Positions 27,083 through 37,204 are shown, numbered from the stretch's first letter. The stretch is DNA of 64,000 nt from a virus (IMGVR_UViG_3300009540_000001:64001-128000), one strand, 5' to 3'. Notes: a model not told the origin generated them from the letters alone. Made by a program: numbers and translations.

Positions 27083-28110
27083 GCGTGTTTACGCAAGGGA
27101 CCGGCACTGCGTACCCGAGTCAGCGCTCGAGCGCAGCCTCACGCAAAGAGCAGACGGCGCTGGATGCGGGCACCGCGTTCAACACCATCGACACGCTGCG
27201 CGCGATCAACCCGGATGCGGACTCGGGGCCGCCTTACGCGGTAAAGGGGGCGGCCCTGCGCACGAAAGTCGCGGTTAGCCCGACCTTCGTCGAGAGGCGC
27301 GTCGCAGCGGCGCGAGCAACGCCAGCCCGTCTTCAGCAGTTTGCGACGAAGATGCGAGGGCGCGCCGAGAACGCGTACGAAAACTCGCGCAGCGCATTCG
27401 GGGCTGCCAACGATTACATGGTCCAGGGCCGCCATAACCCTGAATCCATCCTTCCCGGGCACCAAGAACAAGAAAACTTCTTCGCAGGCCACGCTTGGCG
27501 TGAACGCGAGCTCGGGCATAAGTTCCAAGCAGCGCACGACACCGCGAACGTCCGGCTAGGCCTGCCGGTGGCACCGTTCGACATTGCCGCGCATAACGCC
27601 GCGAGCGACACCCGAGGCAGGTTGGCGCCCGAATTCCGCACTCTCGTGGGCTCGAAGGTCGCCGGCCACCCCCACGACCGCATCGAAGAGCGCACGCCGC
27701 TGCACAAGGGCAACATCGAACCCTTGCAACGCGCCGTGGACTTCCTCGGTCTTTCCCCTGGCTCCTATCACCTCCCTCTACGCGGTAAAGACGGTCAGGT
27801 CCTCGGCTACGCTCAGTTCAAAGGCGTGCCGAACCGCAAGGGGCCCGTGCTCGCGACGGTGCTCGCGCCGCACATGACGCCGGGCGGCGTCAATCTCGAG
27901 ACGTTCACGAAGAAGGCGGAGCTCGCGACGAGCGGCACCCCGCGACAGTCGGGCCTGTTCGACACCGACGACCGCGCGCCGCTCCCTCCCGAAGCGCTCG
28001 GCTGGAACGGAACGCATCAGACGGTGGGACGGCAGGAGTCCACGGGGTACGCGATGCGCCGCGCCTTCGAAGACGTGAACCACGCGGTGCCCGAAGGGGC
28101 CATGGAATGA
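27079..28110 (+). CDS. Modular protein with K-x-A-bounded segments, one resembling a small RNase-toxin fold
   Basis: TKVA, SKVA and KKA boundaries; HPHDRIEER...VLATVL. Confidence 0.65.
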   Translation: MSVFTQGTGTAYPSQRSSAASRKEQTALDAGTAFNTIDTLRAINPDADSGPPYAVKGAALRTKVAVSPTFVERRVAAARATPARLQQFATKMRGRAENAYENSRSAFGAANDYMVQGRHNPESILPGHQEQENFFAGHAWRERELGHKFQAAHDTANVRLGLPVAPFDIAAHNAASDTRGRLAPEFRTLVGSKVAGHPHDRIEERTPLHKGNIEPLQRAVDFLGLSPGSYHLPLRGKDGQVLGYAQFKGVPNRKGPVLATVLAPHMTPGGVNLETFTKKAELATSGTPRQSGLFDTDDRAPLPPEALGWNGTHQTVGRQESTGYAMRRAFEDVNHAVPEGAME

Positions 28111-28946
28111 AGCTCGAGATCACGCGCTTCGCGGCGCTCTTCCCCTACGGCTACTTCGTGCAGTGGTCGATGTCGTCGATTCCTCCCGAGGAGTCCGGCA
28201 CGTTCGCCTTTACGCTCGAGCGTTCGGGTGGGCCCAACGGTCCGTGGACAAAGATCCTCGACGCGAACGACCAGTACGCGTTCTCGGATCGCTTCGACGC
28301 CATCGAGTCCACAGCGGACGAACTTCAGCCGAACTCGCTGCGGCTATACCAAGAGGTCTACTACCGCGTCACCTGCACGACCCCGACGGGCAAGGTCCTG
28401 ACGGACGTGGAGGAGACCGGGTCGCACGCTCCCTCGCGCAAGATGATGCAGTACCTGCGCAAGGGACAGCGCGACTTCAGGCTCACGCTGAAGTACAACG
28501 GGACGCCCGTCGCGCTCCTCAAGAAGCGCCGCTGGGGCGTTCGCTGCCCGAAGTGCTTCGACAAGGGCACGAAGGAAGTGGCCCGCCCGAACTGCCCGGT
28601 GTGCTGGAGCACGGGGTTCGTGGGCGGGTACTGGGAGCCCTTCTACACGAAGGCCCGGCGCAACGTGTCGTCCAACACCTCGACGATCACCCCCGCGCAG
28701 AAGTCCGACGCGAACGACGCGAGCTTCTGGCTCCCCGATTACCCGTCGCTCGAACGGGACGATCTAATCGTGTCGTTTTCCGACCAGCGCCGGTTCCGCG
28801 TGGACGTGTCCATCGAGACGAACATTCAGCTCAACACCGTGCATCAGGAGGTGACGGCGTTGCAGCTGCCGAACGACCATCCGATGCTGCGCTACCCCTT
28901 CAACTTCGATAGCTTCCCGCCTGTGTACGGCGAGGTGCGGCCATGA
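28107..28946 (+). CDS. Probable neck/head-completion protein
   Basis: RCPKC...NCPVCWSTGFVGGY motif; lies between capsid and sheath genes. Confidence 0.55.
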   Translation: MKLEITRFAALFPYGYFVQWSMSSIPPEESGTFAFTLERSGGPNGPWTKILDANDQYAFSDRFDAIESTADELQPNSLRLYQEVYYRVTCTTPTGKVLTDVEETGSHAPSRKMMQYLRKGQRDFRLTLKYNGTPVALLKKRRWGVRCPKCFDKGTKEVARPNCPVCWSTGFVGGYWEPFYTKARRNVSSNTSTITPAQKSDANDASFWLPDYPSLERDDLIVSFSDQRRFRVDVSIETNIQLNTVHQEVTALQLPNDHPMLRYPFNFDSFPPVYGEVRP

Positions 28947-29665
28947 GCGGCTCCATGTTCCACGTTCACGGCGGCGTCACGCGCGTCGAGGGGCAGCAGG
29001 AGGACGTCTTCCCGAGCTCCCCCATGGCGCTCGTCGCGGTGTTCACCGACGTCCTGCGCGCGCGGTTCTCGGGGAACAACGCCTTGGGCGGGCCCTACGT
29101 CTGGTCGCCCGACTCACAGCCGACGGACATCGACCCGGAGGCGACGGAGACGCCGCAGACGAAGCTCTACATCGAGAGCCAGTACACCGAAGAGCCCGAC
29201 GCGCGCGACCGGGCCCCGGGCATCTTCATCGACAAGGGCGCAACCCAGGTCATGAAGGTCGGCCTCGGCCACCGCGTGGACATCGACATCCCGTCGATGA
29301 CCGAAGTGTTCGAGGCCTGGGCCGACGTCCCGATCATGCTCATGTGCGTCGCCCGGGAGCGGGGCACGTCCGCCACCATCGCGGACCACGTGTTCATGTT
29401 CATCCTCGCGTCGAACAACCACATCCGGGAAGCTTTCGGCATCCACGACATCTCGCCGCCCACGCTCGACGCGACGCAGGTGTACCATCAGTCGACCGCA
29501 GCCCCAGAGACGTGGGTCACGAACGTGACGATCATGGTAAAGATCAAGTTCGCGTGGCGCACGCGACCGATCGCACCGATCCTCAAGCAGATCGCGGCCA
29601 ACTACCGTTTCGGCAGCGTGAACGTCGGCGTCGTCTCTACCGAGACGCGACTGCCACCTCGCTGA
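28943..29665 (+). CDS. Probable tail-completion/terminator protein
   Basis: Directly upstream of the sheath gene; size and alpha/beta pattern fit. Confidence 0.5.
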   Translation: MSGSMFHVHGGVTRVEGQQEDVFPSSPMALVAVFTDVLRARFSGNNALGGPYVWSPDSQPTDIDPEATETPQTKLYIESQYTEEPDARDRAPGIFIDKGATQVMKVGLGHRVDIDIPSMTEVFEAWADVPIMLMCVARERGTSATIADHVFMFILASNNHIREAFGIHDISPPTLDATQVYHQSTAAPETWVTNVTIMVKIKFAWRTRPIAPILKQIAANYRFGSVNVGVVSTETRLPPR

Positions 29666-29707
29666 ACCCCCTCGCCCTATCGTTACGCCGGAGCAACGGA
29701 GCAAACA

Positions 29708-32700
29708 GTGGCACGACCCCTCGTTCTCATCTTTCAGGAGCTCGCGCAGCCCACGGTCACGCCGGACACGCCGGACCTGAGCTCGATCATCGTGGGGCCC
29801 GCCTACGACCTCTTCGACTACCCGGAGGACGCGGCGACCATTCTCTTGGCCTCCGAGTACGGGTCGCTCGAGAGTGACGCGACCTACGTGCCGCCGGTCG
29901 CAGGGACCGACGCCGTCACGGTGCCCGACCAGGGCTACCCGGGACAGAGCGCGGGCTCGAAGGTCGACCACCTCTCGGTGCGTCCGTACCTGCGCCTGCC
30001 GCGCGTGGTCCTGGCCTCGACGTACCTCGGCGGCGGCGTCGCCCCGGTGCTCGGCGCGACGCTGACCACGGACGTTCTCGACCGCACGCTGATCGAGATC
30101 ACGGGTGGCATCACGACGTCGTTCGTCGCTGCGGGCGTCAAGCCGGGCGATCGGATCATCCTCACGTCGTCGCTCGGGACGCAGTCGGTCGTTCGCACGG
30201 TTCAGTCCGTCGGCGAGCCGAACCCGGACGGCCTCGTCGAGTCGGGCAACGAGGGCAAGCTGCGCATCACGCAGCAGCTGCCGACCGCCGGCGTCGGGAC
30301 CACCGAGTGGACGTACAACACGACCGCCGAAGGCCGCGTCGAGCGCGCCCTGGTCACCCAGGAGCTCTACAACCCCCTGAACACCCTCGTCACGTTCCCC
30401 GAAGCGGGCACGGACAAGACGGTGATCGGCGGCGGCGCAACGCTCCTCGTCGCGATCACCCCCGTCGCATCCGTCTCGGTGCCCGCGCCGGTCACCACGG
30501 TCGTCGCGCGCACCGTCTTGTATGCCCAGGTGTACATGGCGTACCGCGCGCTGCGCCAAGACCTCCAGGTCGTGACCGGCTTTACGGCGTCAAGTGTCTC
30601 CTCGGTCAACGGGAGCCCGGTCGTCATCGGCCTCGGCAAGATCGACGCGCGCAACCCGCTCGCCGTGGGCGTGTACGTCGCGCTGCTGAACTCGGGCCTG
30701 GTCTCGATCTTCGCGTACGGCGTGAGCACGAACGACGGCGCCGGCCACCTCGAGGCGCGCGGCGCGCTCGAGTCGCGCCGCGACCTGTACTGCTTCGTCC
30801 CGCTCACCGAGGACATCAACATCCACGCTGCGTACAAGACGCAGTTCGATCTGCTCGCGGACCCGACCTCGGCGCTCGCCACGGGCGTCGTGCAGAAGTT
30901 CCGCATCGTCCTCGGCGCGATCCCGATGCCCGTCAACGAGACGGTGTACTCGGGCTCGATCAGCGCAGCGGCGCAGCAGCCCTCGGGCGCATCGACCGGC
31001 AAGTTCCGCACGCTGTCGCTGGCGAACGTCTCGACGGGCGCGATCAACGTGCGCGACGTCCTCCCGGGCGACAGCGTCACCATCGGGCTCACGCCGTCGG
31101 CGACCGACTGGCAGAACCGGCGCGGCACGCACACCGTCGGGCACGTCAACAAGTCGAAGGACTACCCGACGGCGGGCGACACGAGCGAGCTCGAGCTGGT
31201 CCCCGCGTCGACGCGGTGGGACAGCGCTGCCGCTCCCGTATCGGCGGGCGACATCGAGATCGTGATCAAGGCGCCCGACGGCAGCACGAAGGTCGAACTG
31301 CTCGCGGAGGGCACCGTCTCGACGGGCTTGCCGATCTCGACGAGCGGTACCGGCACCGTCAAGTACGTGATGAAGGGCCCGACGACCGTGGGCGGCCCGT
31401 ACACCGTGACCTACGTCGCGGTTCCGGGTCTCGTGGCGGTCACCGTGTCGATCGTGGGCTTCGCGGTCACGGTGCAAGTCAACGGCACCTCGCACGACCA
31501 CGATGACGTCGCTGACGCCATCAACGCGCACGCAACCGTGTCCGCACTGATGACGGCGAGCGTGACCGCTGGCGGCGCGATCGTCGTCCTCCCGGTGACA
31601 CAGACCCGCGTGCATGTCTCGGGGCAGAACGGCGCAGCGGCGAGCATCGTCGCGGGCGCGGGCGCCGGCAACGTGCGCGTAACGGGCGTCACGGGCATGA
31701 CGGCGGCTTCGGTCGGTCGGTACCTGACGATCGAGGACGCGACCACCCTGGCGAACAACGGCATCTTCCTGATCGCGGCGTTCAACTCCGCGACCTCGAT
31801 CGACGTCGTGAACGCCGCTGGCGTCATCGGCGACGCGAACAACGGCTCGATCAACTGGGTCGAGAGCTACGCCGGCATCCAGCCCGTCGTCGGCTCGGCG
31901 ACCGCGTCGATCCTCGTCAACGACCTGATGTTCAACAGGCTCGAGGACGCTTCGGCGACGTTCCTGTCGGTGGGCGTGCAGCCCGGCGACACGATCCAGA
32001 TCCCGCTCGATCCGAACAACTACAACCCCACGGCCTTCGACGGTCGCGTGCTCACCTACAAGGTGGCGTCGGTCCTCAACGAGAACCGCCTGTTGATCGC
32101 CAACGGCGCGGACGACTCGGAGAGCCTGGCCAACGAGCTGCCGCACTACTTCGCGCGCGACCTCGCGGACCGGTTCATCGACAACACCACGCCCAACGCG
32201 CAGAACTACAAGATCGTTCGTGCGCTCTCGAAGGACGAGATCGTCGTCAACCTGACGGCGACGGTGCAGTCGGCGAAGTCCAAGCGCCTCACGGTCATGT
32301 GGCCGGACCGCATGACGGTCTCGGAGCTGCGCGACGGCTCGCTGCCGCGCACGTCGGAGACGGTCATCACCGCCGCCGCCAAGCAGCCCGGCTGGGCCCT
32401 CGGCTGCGCCGTCGCGGGCGTCGTCACCTCGATCCCGCCGCAAGCGGGCTTGACCAACGGCACCTTCATCGGTCTCACGGACCTCGAGCACGCGCAGGGC
32501 TACTTCAGCGAGACGCAACTGGCGCAGCTGTCGGACGGCGGCCTCTTCGTGTGCTTCCAGCGCGTCCCCGGCGCGCTGCCCGAGTGCATGCACCAGCTGA
32601 CGACGGACACGACGGCGCTCGAGACCGGTGAGCTCTCGGTGGTGAAGAACGTGGACTTCGTGTCCAAGTTCTTCCAGACGCTGCTCGAGACCTTCCTCGG

Positions 32701-32926
32701 CCAGTACAACGTGCTGCCGGAGACCCTGAACGAGATCAACCGCGCGGTCACCGACGGCGCGAGCGACCTGAAGTCCCGCAAGATCGCCCGCGTCGGCGCT
32801 CCGCTGCTCGACGGCACGATCACCTCGCTCGCGGTGAGCGAGTTCTCGGCGGATCGCGTCGAGCTCTACTTCCGGGGCAAGATCGCGCGGCCCTTGAACA
32901 CCATCGGGTTCCACCTCGTCGTATGA
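29708..32926 (+). CDS. Contractile tail sheath protein with large inserted domains
   Basis: C-terminal sheath hallmarks: HQLTTD, ELSVVKNVDFVSK, IARPLNTIGFHLVV; followed closely by a tube-like gene. Confidence 0.8.
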   Translation: MARPLVLIFQELAQPTVTPDTPDLSSIIVGPAYDLFDYPEDAATILLASEYGSLESDATYVPPVAGTDAVTVPDQGYPGQSAGSKVDHLSVRPYLRLPRVVLASTYLGGGVAPVLGATLTTDVLDRTLIEITGGITTSFVAAGVKPGDRIILTSSLGTQSVVRTVQSVGEPNPDGLVESGNEGKLRITQQLPTAGVGTTEWTYNTTAEGRVERALVTQELYNPLNTLVTFPEAGTDKTVIGGGATLLVAITPVASVSVPAPVTTVVARTVLYAQVYMAYRALRQDLQVVTGFTASSVSSVNGSPVVIGLGKIDARNPLAVGVYVALLNSGLVSIFAYGVSTNDGAGHLEARGALESRRDLYCFVPLTEDINIHAAYKTQFDLLADPTSALATGVVQKFRIVLGAIPMPVNETVYSGSISAAAQQPSGASTGKFRTLSLANVSTGAINVRDVLPGDSVTIGLTPSATDWQNRRGTHTVGHVNKSKDYPTAGDTSELELVPASTRWDSAAAPVSAGDIEIVIKAPDGSTKVELLAEGTVSTGLPISTSGTGTVKYVMKGPTTVGGPYTVTYVAVPGLVAVTVSIVGFAVTVQVNGTSHDHDDVADAINAHATVSALMTASVTAGGAIVVLPVTQTRVHVSGQNGAAASIVAGAGAGNVRVTGVTGMTAASVGRYLTIEDATTLANNGIFLIAAFNSATSIDVVNAAGVIGDANNGSINWVESYAGIQPVVGSATASILVNDLMFNRLEDASATFLSVGVQPGDTIQIPLDPNNYNPTAFDGRVLTYKVASVLNENRLLIANGADDSESLANELPHYFARDLADRFIDNTTPNAQNYKIVRALSKDEIVVNLTATVQSAKSKRLTVMWPDRMTVSELRDGSLPRTSETVITAAAKQPGWALGCAVAGVVTSIPPQAGLTNGTFIGLTDLEHAQGYFSETQLAQLSDGGLFVCFQRVPGALPECMHQLTTDTTALETGELSVVKNVDFVSKFFQTLLETFLGQYNVLPETLNEINRAVTDGASDLKSRKIARVGAPLLDGTITSLAVSEFSADRVELYFRGKIARPLNTIGFHLVV

Positions 32927-33495
32927 GTACGAAGCAGGCATTCGTCGGCGCCCTCGCCCCCGGGGCTCGGTCCCTGGCGGCGCCGGCCCTCGCAGCGGGC
33001 AAGAAACTCATCGGCCCCACGGCCTCGCGCGTCGTCGGCGGCGCGGTCAACGCCGCCAAGGGCTATACGGGCCTGGGTACGGCGAAAGGCTTCGCCGGCG
33101 CAGCCGGTAACGCCGCGAGCATGGCTCCGCAGATCACCGGCGCCCTCACCAGCGGCAACAAGGGCCCCTCGGTCATGGGCTTCAAGGTCGGCTCGGCCGC
33201 CGACTCCGCCATCCTCAAGCGCGCCGCGCTCCAGCTCGGCGCCCTCGGGCCCTCCGAACTCGCGGACATCGCAAGCTACGGAGCCTTCATCGGCGCCAAG
33301 CTCGTGGACCCCGTGAAGCACCCCGTGTTGCACAACGTGCTCGACGCGGGCGGCCTCCTCGGACTCGCGGGTACCACGGCGTACGGCATGACGCAGAACA
33401 AGGCCGAGCGCATGCCCGGCGCGAAAGACATCCTCGGCCTCGGGCTCATGGGCTCCGCGCTCTACGATCGGGCCACGTCCGGTCACGGCCACTAA
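32923..33495 (+). CDS. Gly/Ala-rich membrane-type protein with K-x-A motifs
   Basis: MSTKQA, LKRAA; GGLLGLAG, ILGLGLMG. Confidence 0.7.
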   Translation: MSTKQAFVGALAPGARSLAAPALAAGKKLIGPTASRVVGGAVNAAKGYTGLGTAKGFAGAAGNAASMAPQITGALTSGNKGPSVMGFKVGSAADSAILKRAALQLGALGPSELADIASYGAFIGAKLVDPVKHPVLHNVLDAGGLLGLAGTTAYGMTQNKAERMPGAKDILGLGLMGSALYDRATSGHGH

Positions 33496-33510
33496 CCTTC
33501 AGAAGAGACC

Positions 33511-34296
33511 ATGGCGAACTACCCGATCGGCGTCACCAAGAGCCTCGCTACCTGGAACGCACAGCGCAACCAGGTCGAGCGCATCACCGACAACAGCTCC
33601 TACGACGCCGCCCATCCGGACGACGCCGTGCTGCTCGCCGGACCCGCGCGTCGCGCCATCGCGCGCTCGGACCGCACGTCCCCGCGCACGCTGCGCGCCC
33701 TCGGCTTGTGCGCCAGCTTCGGCGTGCAGACCTCGGTGCCGCTCACTCCGATGATGGCGCTCGGCTCGGGCCGCAGCTTCTACCTACGCGGTAAAGCGCA
33801 GTCGAGCTGGAACGTGCAAAAGGTGCTCATGAACGGGCTCAACCTGCTGCGCGCGCTCTACCACAACGCGGTGGAAGTGGGCGGGCTCAACCCCGACCAG
33901 TTCGACGACCCCGCCACGTACGAGGGCACGCCGAACTCGAACGTGTTCCTGAACCTCGACTCGGAGCTCTTCTACATCCCGTTCGGCCTCGCCGTGATCA
34001 TGCGTTCGAAGTCCCGCACGATGGTCCTGTCGTGCTACCTCGAGCTCTGCATGATCAACAGCTGGGGCCTCCAGATGGGCGCCGGGCAGGCGATGATCAT
34101 GGAGTCCGTCTCGGGCTTCTGTGACCGCGTCCTCCCCTTCCAGGCCTCGGACGCGATGGAAGTCCCCACCGTCGGCCGCAACCTGATGGACGCCGTGCTC
34201 GGCCTCGCGCCGGACACCTTCCCGGCCCCGAGCTACACCAAGGTCGGCAGCTCGGCCGCCACCGGCCTCGGCGACTCGACCGTAGCCGCGCTGTAA
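33511..34296 (+). CDS. Probable tail tube protein
   Basis: Downstream of the sheath gene; MALGSGRSFYLRG, YLELCMINSWG, MESVSGFCDRV tube-like beta pattern. Confidence 0.6.
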   Translation: MANYPIGVTKSLATWNAQRNQVERITDNSSYDAAHPDDAVLLAGPARRAIARSDRTSPRTLRALGLCASFGVQTSVPLTPMMALGSGRSFYLRGKAQSSWNVQKVLMNGLNLLRALYHNAVEVGGLNPDQFDDPATYEGTPNSNVFLNLDSELFYIPFGLAVIMRSKSRTMVLSCYLELCMINSWGLQMGAGQAMIMESVSGFCDRVLPFQASDAMEVPTVGRNLMDAVLGLAPDTFPAPSYTKVGSSAATGLGDSTVAAL

Positions 34297-34318
34297 GGTT
34301 CACCACCCTTACGCCGTA

Positions 34319-34349
34319 AAGCGGCGCCTGGCTCTGTCAGGCGCCGCTT
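34319..34349 (+). terminator. Stem-loop terminator
   Basis: aagcggcgcctg-gctctgt-caggcgccgctt. Confidence 0.65.
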
Positions 34350-34369
34350 CGCGTTCGGCCCCGTTGGGG

Positions 34370-34376
34370 TAGTCTT
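34370..34376 (+). promoter_or_regulatory. TAGTCTT -10-like box, leaderless spacing
   Basis: Follows a terminator; 6 nt before ATG 34382. Confidence 0.6.
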
Positions 34377-34381
34377 CGAGG

Positions 34382-35803
34382 ATGACTCGACCCCGCCGCC
34401 CCTCCGAGCGCGAGAACTCCACCCCGAACCCGCTGCCCCTTGGGCCCCTCGCAGGCGGCGGCAACGCACCCGACGAGCGCGGCACCATCCTCGCCGTGGA
34501 CGCCCGGCGCCACACCTACCGCGTCGCGACCAACACAGGGCGAGACCTACGCGTCGGGCGGCTCAAAGCGCACCCGAACGACAACGCGCTGTTGCCTGCG
34601 CGGACGCCCGTCATGATCTCCTGGTCTGCTGGCATCCCGTACATCGTCGGGTGCCTTCCGACCGAGGTCGAGACGGTCACGGACGACGAGCCGCACTCGG
34701 TCACGGACGTCGACGGGCACGGGGGCAACGACCCCGTGCTCACGAACTCCATGGGGATCGACGCGCGGGACCCGAGTCAGCCTCGAGACATCCTCCCGGG
34801 CGACAACGTCCTGCTCTCCCCCGACGGAGCTTCCGTCGGAGCGCTTCAGGGCAAGATCGCGCAGCTGCGCGGCGGACCGCTCGCGAAGGTGCAGGCCTTC
34901 GGCGAAGACGACGTCGTCAAGATCATCGCGGGGCTCCTGCACGTCGTGACGTGGATGGGCGAGTCCAAGGTCGTCAACAACGACGGCAAGACGTCGTTCA
35001 TCTGGCGCGGCGGTACCGACCAGCTCACGCAGACCGGTCCAGACGAGCAGAAGCACACGATCCGTCTCGACGTCGGGTACACCGGCGACGTGATTCGGCT
35101 CGAGGTGTGCGACCGCCTCGGGCACGCGCTCTTTCGCTTCCACGTGAGCTCGACGGGCGTGTGCGAGCTGTTCGCCGCTGGAGGGTTGAACCAGCAGAGC
35201 GGCGCGGCCGAGAGCCAGGAGCACCCCGTGCGGTTTCACGGCGCGCGCGTGACGGAGATCGCCGGGGCCGAGCGTTCCCAGGTGTCGGGGGCCGTGGAGC
35301 ACACGTACCAGTCGAGCCGCACGTACGTGGTCGACGGTGACGCCTCGGACACGATCGGAGGAACGGAGAGAAGGGCCATCGGAGGCAACGCCTCGCTCGA
35401 GGTCACCGGGGACTACGCCCAGCGTACAGGGGGGAAGATCACGACAACCACGGTGGGTGCGGTGACTCACTCCTCGAGTGGCGCTTACTCCGTAAAGACC
35501 TTGGGCGCGACGATCACCCTCGACCCAGGGCCCGGGCAGACCGTGATCGCTACGGCGGCGGGGGTCCCAGACCGGATCAAGCTCGGCAGCGGCGCGGTGA
35601 GTCACGCGGTGAAGTTCGAGGAGTTGTCCGCGACGGTGGCTACGCTGGCGGCCCGTCTCACAGTCGTCCACGGACTCGTCGCGGCGCACTTTCACACGGC
35701 CTTCGGCCCGGGCGCCGGTGTCTCGGTCCCGCTCGCACCGCTCACGCAGGCCGTGCTCATCGACATGTCCGCAGCGAAAGCGACGCAGACGCTGGTCGGC
35801 TGA
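34382..35803 (+). CDS. Baseplate central spike/hub (gp5/gpV-like)
   Basis: N-terminal OB-fold-like region, beta-helix repeats (VDGDASDTIGG, VTGDYAQRTGG), C-terminal HFH metal-tip motif. Confidence 0.65.
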   Translation: MTRPRRPSERENSTPNPLPLGPLAGGGNAPDERGTILAVDARRHTYRVATNTGRDLRVGRLKAHPNDNALLPARTPVMISWSAGIPYIVGCLPTEVETVTDDEPHSVTDVDGHGGNDPVLTNSMGIDARDPSQPRDILPGDNVLLSPDGASVGALQGKIAQLRGGPLAKVQAFGEDDVVKIIAGLLHVVTWMGESKVVNNDGKTSFIWRGGTDQLTQTGPDEQKHTIRLDVGYTGDVIRLEVCDRLGHALFRFHVSSTGVCELFAAGGLNQQSGAAESQEHPVRFHGARVTEIAGAERSQVSGAVEHTYQSSRTYVVDGDASDTIGGTERRAIGGNASLEVTGDYAQRTGGKITTTTVGAVTHSSSGAYSVKTLGATITLDPGPGQTVIATAAGVPDRIKLGSGAVSHAVKFEELSATVATLAARLTVVHGLVAAHFHTAFGPGAGVSVPLAPLTQAVLIDMSAAKATQTLVG

Positions 35804-35865
35804 GTTCCGCGCGCCTATCCTTCCCCACGTCGCCAGGGCTATTTACAGCCCGGCCAGGAGCACTC

Positions 35866-37146
35866 ATGTACGCAGAAGTTACCGTCAACGCCCTCTCGCC
35901 CGTGGTCGCCTCGGACATTCTCGGCCTCGAGGCCGGGACCCCCGAAGCCAACTTCACCCGCATGTCGGCCGACGCTGGCCAGACCACGGTGATCCGCTGC
36001 TCGGGCGCGGTCTGGGATCGCATTCGTCCGCAGCTGCGCAAGCTGTCGCAGCGCCGCATTCCGGCGCTCGATGCGCTGGGTGTCGTGATCGCGGGCAAGA
36101 CCGCGCCGATCATGACCTACACCATGGTGTGGGTTCCCGGTGCGCGCCCGAAGATCAACCAGGTCGAGGGCGCCGTGAGCGTCGCGGGCGGCGCCGCGCT
36201 GACCGTGCGCGGTGAGGGCCTGATCCCCGGCCTGAAGTCGGTGCTGCGCGTCTACCGCCAGCGCCAGACCCAGGCCTTCGGCCCGGCCGGCATCACGCAG
36301 CAGTACGTGGCGCAAGAGCTCATCATGACCGTGACGGCGAAGGCCGTCGGCCCGATCGGCGACAAGATCGGCCTGCTGATCCTCGCCGCCTCCGGCGCGG
36401 GCTCGGTCACGACCCAAGAGTACGCGGACGGCAAGGTCCTCATCACGGTGGTCCCCGCCGCCGGTCTGAACACCGTCACCGCCATCAAGGCGCAGATCGA
36501 CGGCGACGCGCTCGCTTCGGTGTGGGTCTCGGTCACGGCCGACGTGGGCGCAGCGCTCGTCGCGGCGACGCAGTCGTCGGGCGAGATCCAGGGCCCGAAC
36601 GTCGCCGCTGGCTCGCTGCCGTTCCAGTACCTCGCGGGCGGCGACGGCTGCGGCCTCGCCTTCGCGGACATCATGGTCTCGGGCGTGGACCCGACCAACC
36701 GCCTGCGCATCACGGCGCAGCGCGCGGGCAACCAGGGCAACCTGGTTTCGCTCACGATCATCTTCGACGCGCTCGCCGTCAACGGCGTGGCCGTGACGGG
36801 CAACGACATCGTCGTGACGCGCACGGCGACCACGGCGATCGGTGCGCTGGTGACGGCGATCAACGCCAACGCCGCAGCGCTCGCCCTGGTGAAGGCCTCG
36901 GCCGTCGGCGCGGGCAACATCCTCTCCGCCACGAAGACCTACCTCGCGGGCGGTGCGGGCGAGCAGCCCACGGCGACCGTCGGTGGCGCACCGGGCGCCA
37001 TCACCGAGCAGAGCGACACGTCGATGCTCGTCGCGGCTTCGGCCGTCGACCTCGGCACCGCTGGCGTCGTGGCGGGCGAAGTCGCCGTGCTCTCGATCAC
37101 GTCGGACTACCAGCGCCTCGCAGCGGACATGGTCGCGGCGGCGTAA
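35866..37146 (+). CDS. Structural protein with repeated sheath-accessory-like beta domains
   Basis: AGGAG RBS; VTAKAVGPIGDKIGL / ITAQRAGNQGNLVSL and YLAGG repeats. Confidence 0.65.
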   Translation: MYAEVTVNALSPVVASDILGLEAGTPEANFTRMSADAGQTTVIRCSGAVWDRIRPQLRKLSQRRIPALDALGVVIAGKTAPIMTYTMVWVPGARPKINQVEGAVSVAGGAALTVRGEGLIPGLKSVLRVYRQRQTQAFGPAGITQQYVAQELIMTVTAKAVGPIGDKIGLLILAASGAGSVTTQEYADGKVLITVVPAAGLNTVTAIKAQIDGDALASVWVSVTADVGAALVAATQSSGEIQGPNVAAGSLPFQYLAGGDGCGLAFADIMVSGVDPTNRLRITAQRAGNQGNLVSLTIIFDALAVNGVAVTGNDIVVTRTATTAIGALVTAINANAAALALVKASAVGAGNILSATKTYLAGGAGEQPTATVGGAPGAITEQSDTSMLVAASAVDLGTAGVVAGEVAVLSITSDYQRLAADMVAAA

Positions 37147-37166
37147 GCAGCCTCGGCAGACGCGCA

Positions 37167-37197
37167 AAGGCCCCGGAGCTTCGTGCTTCGGGGCCTT
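37167..37197. terminator. Bidirectional terminator between convergent genes
   Basis: aaggccccggagc-ttcgt-gcttcggggcctt. Confidence 0.7.
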
Positions 37198-37204
37198 CGT
37201 TCGT

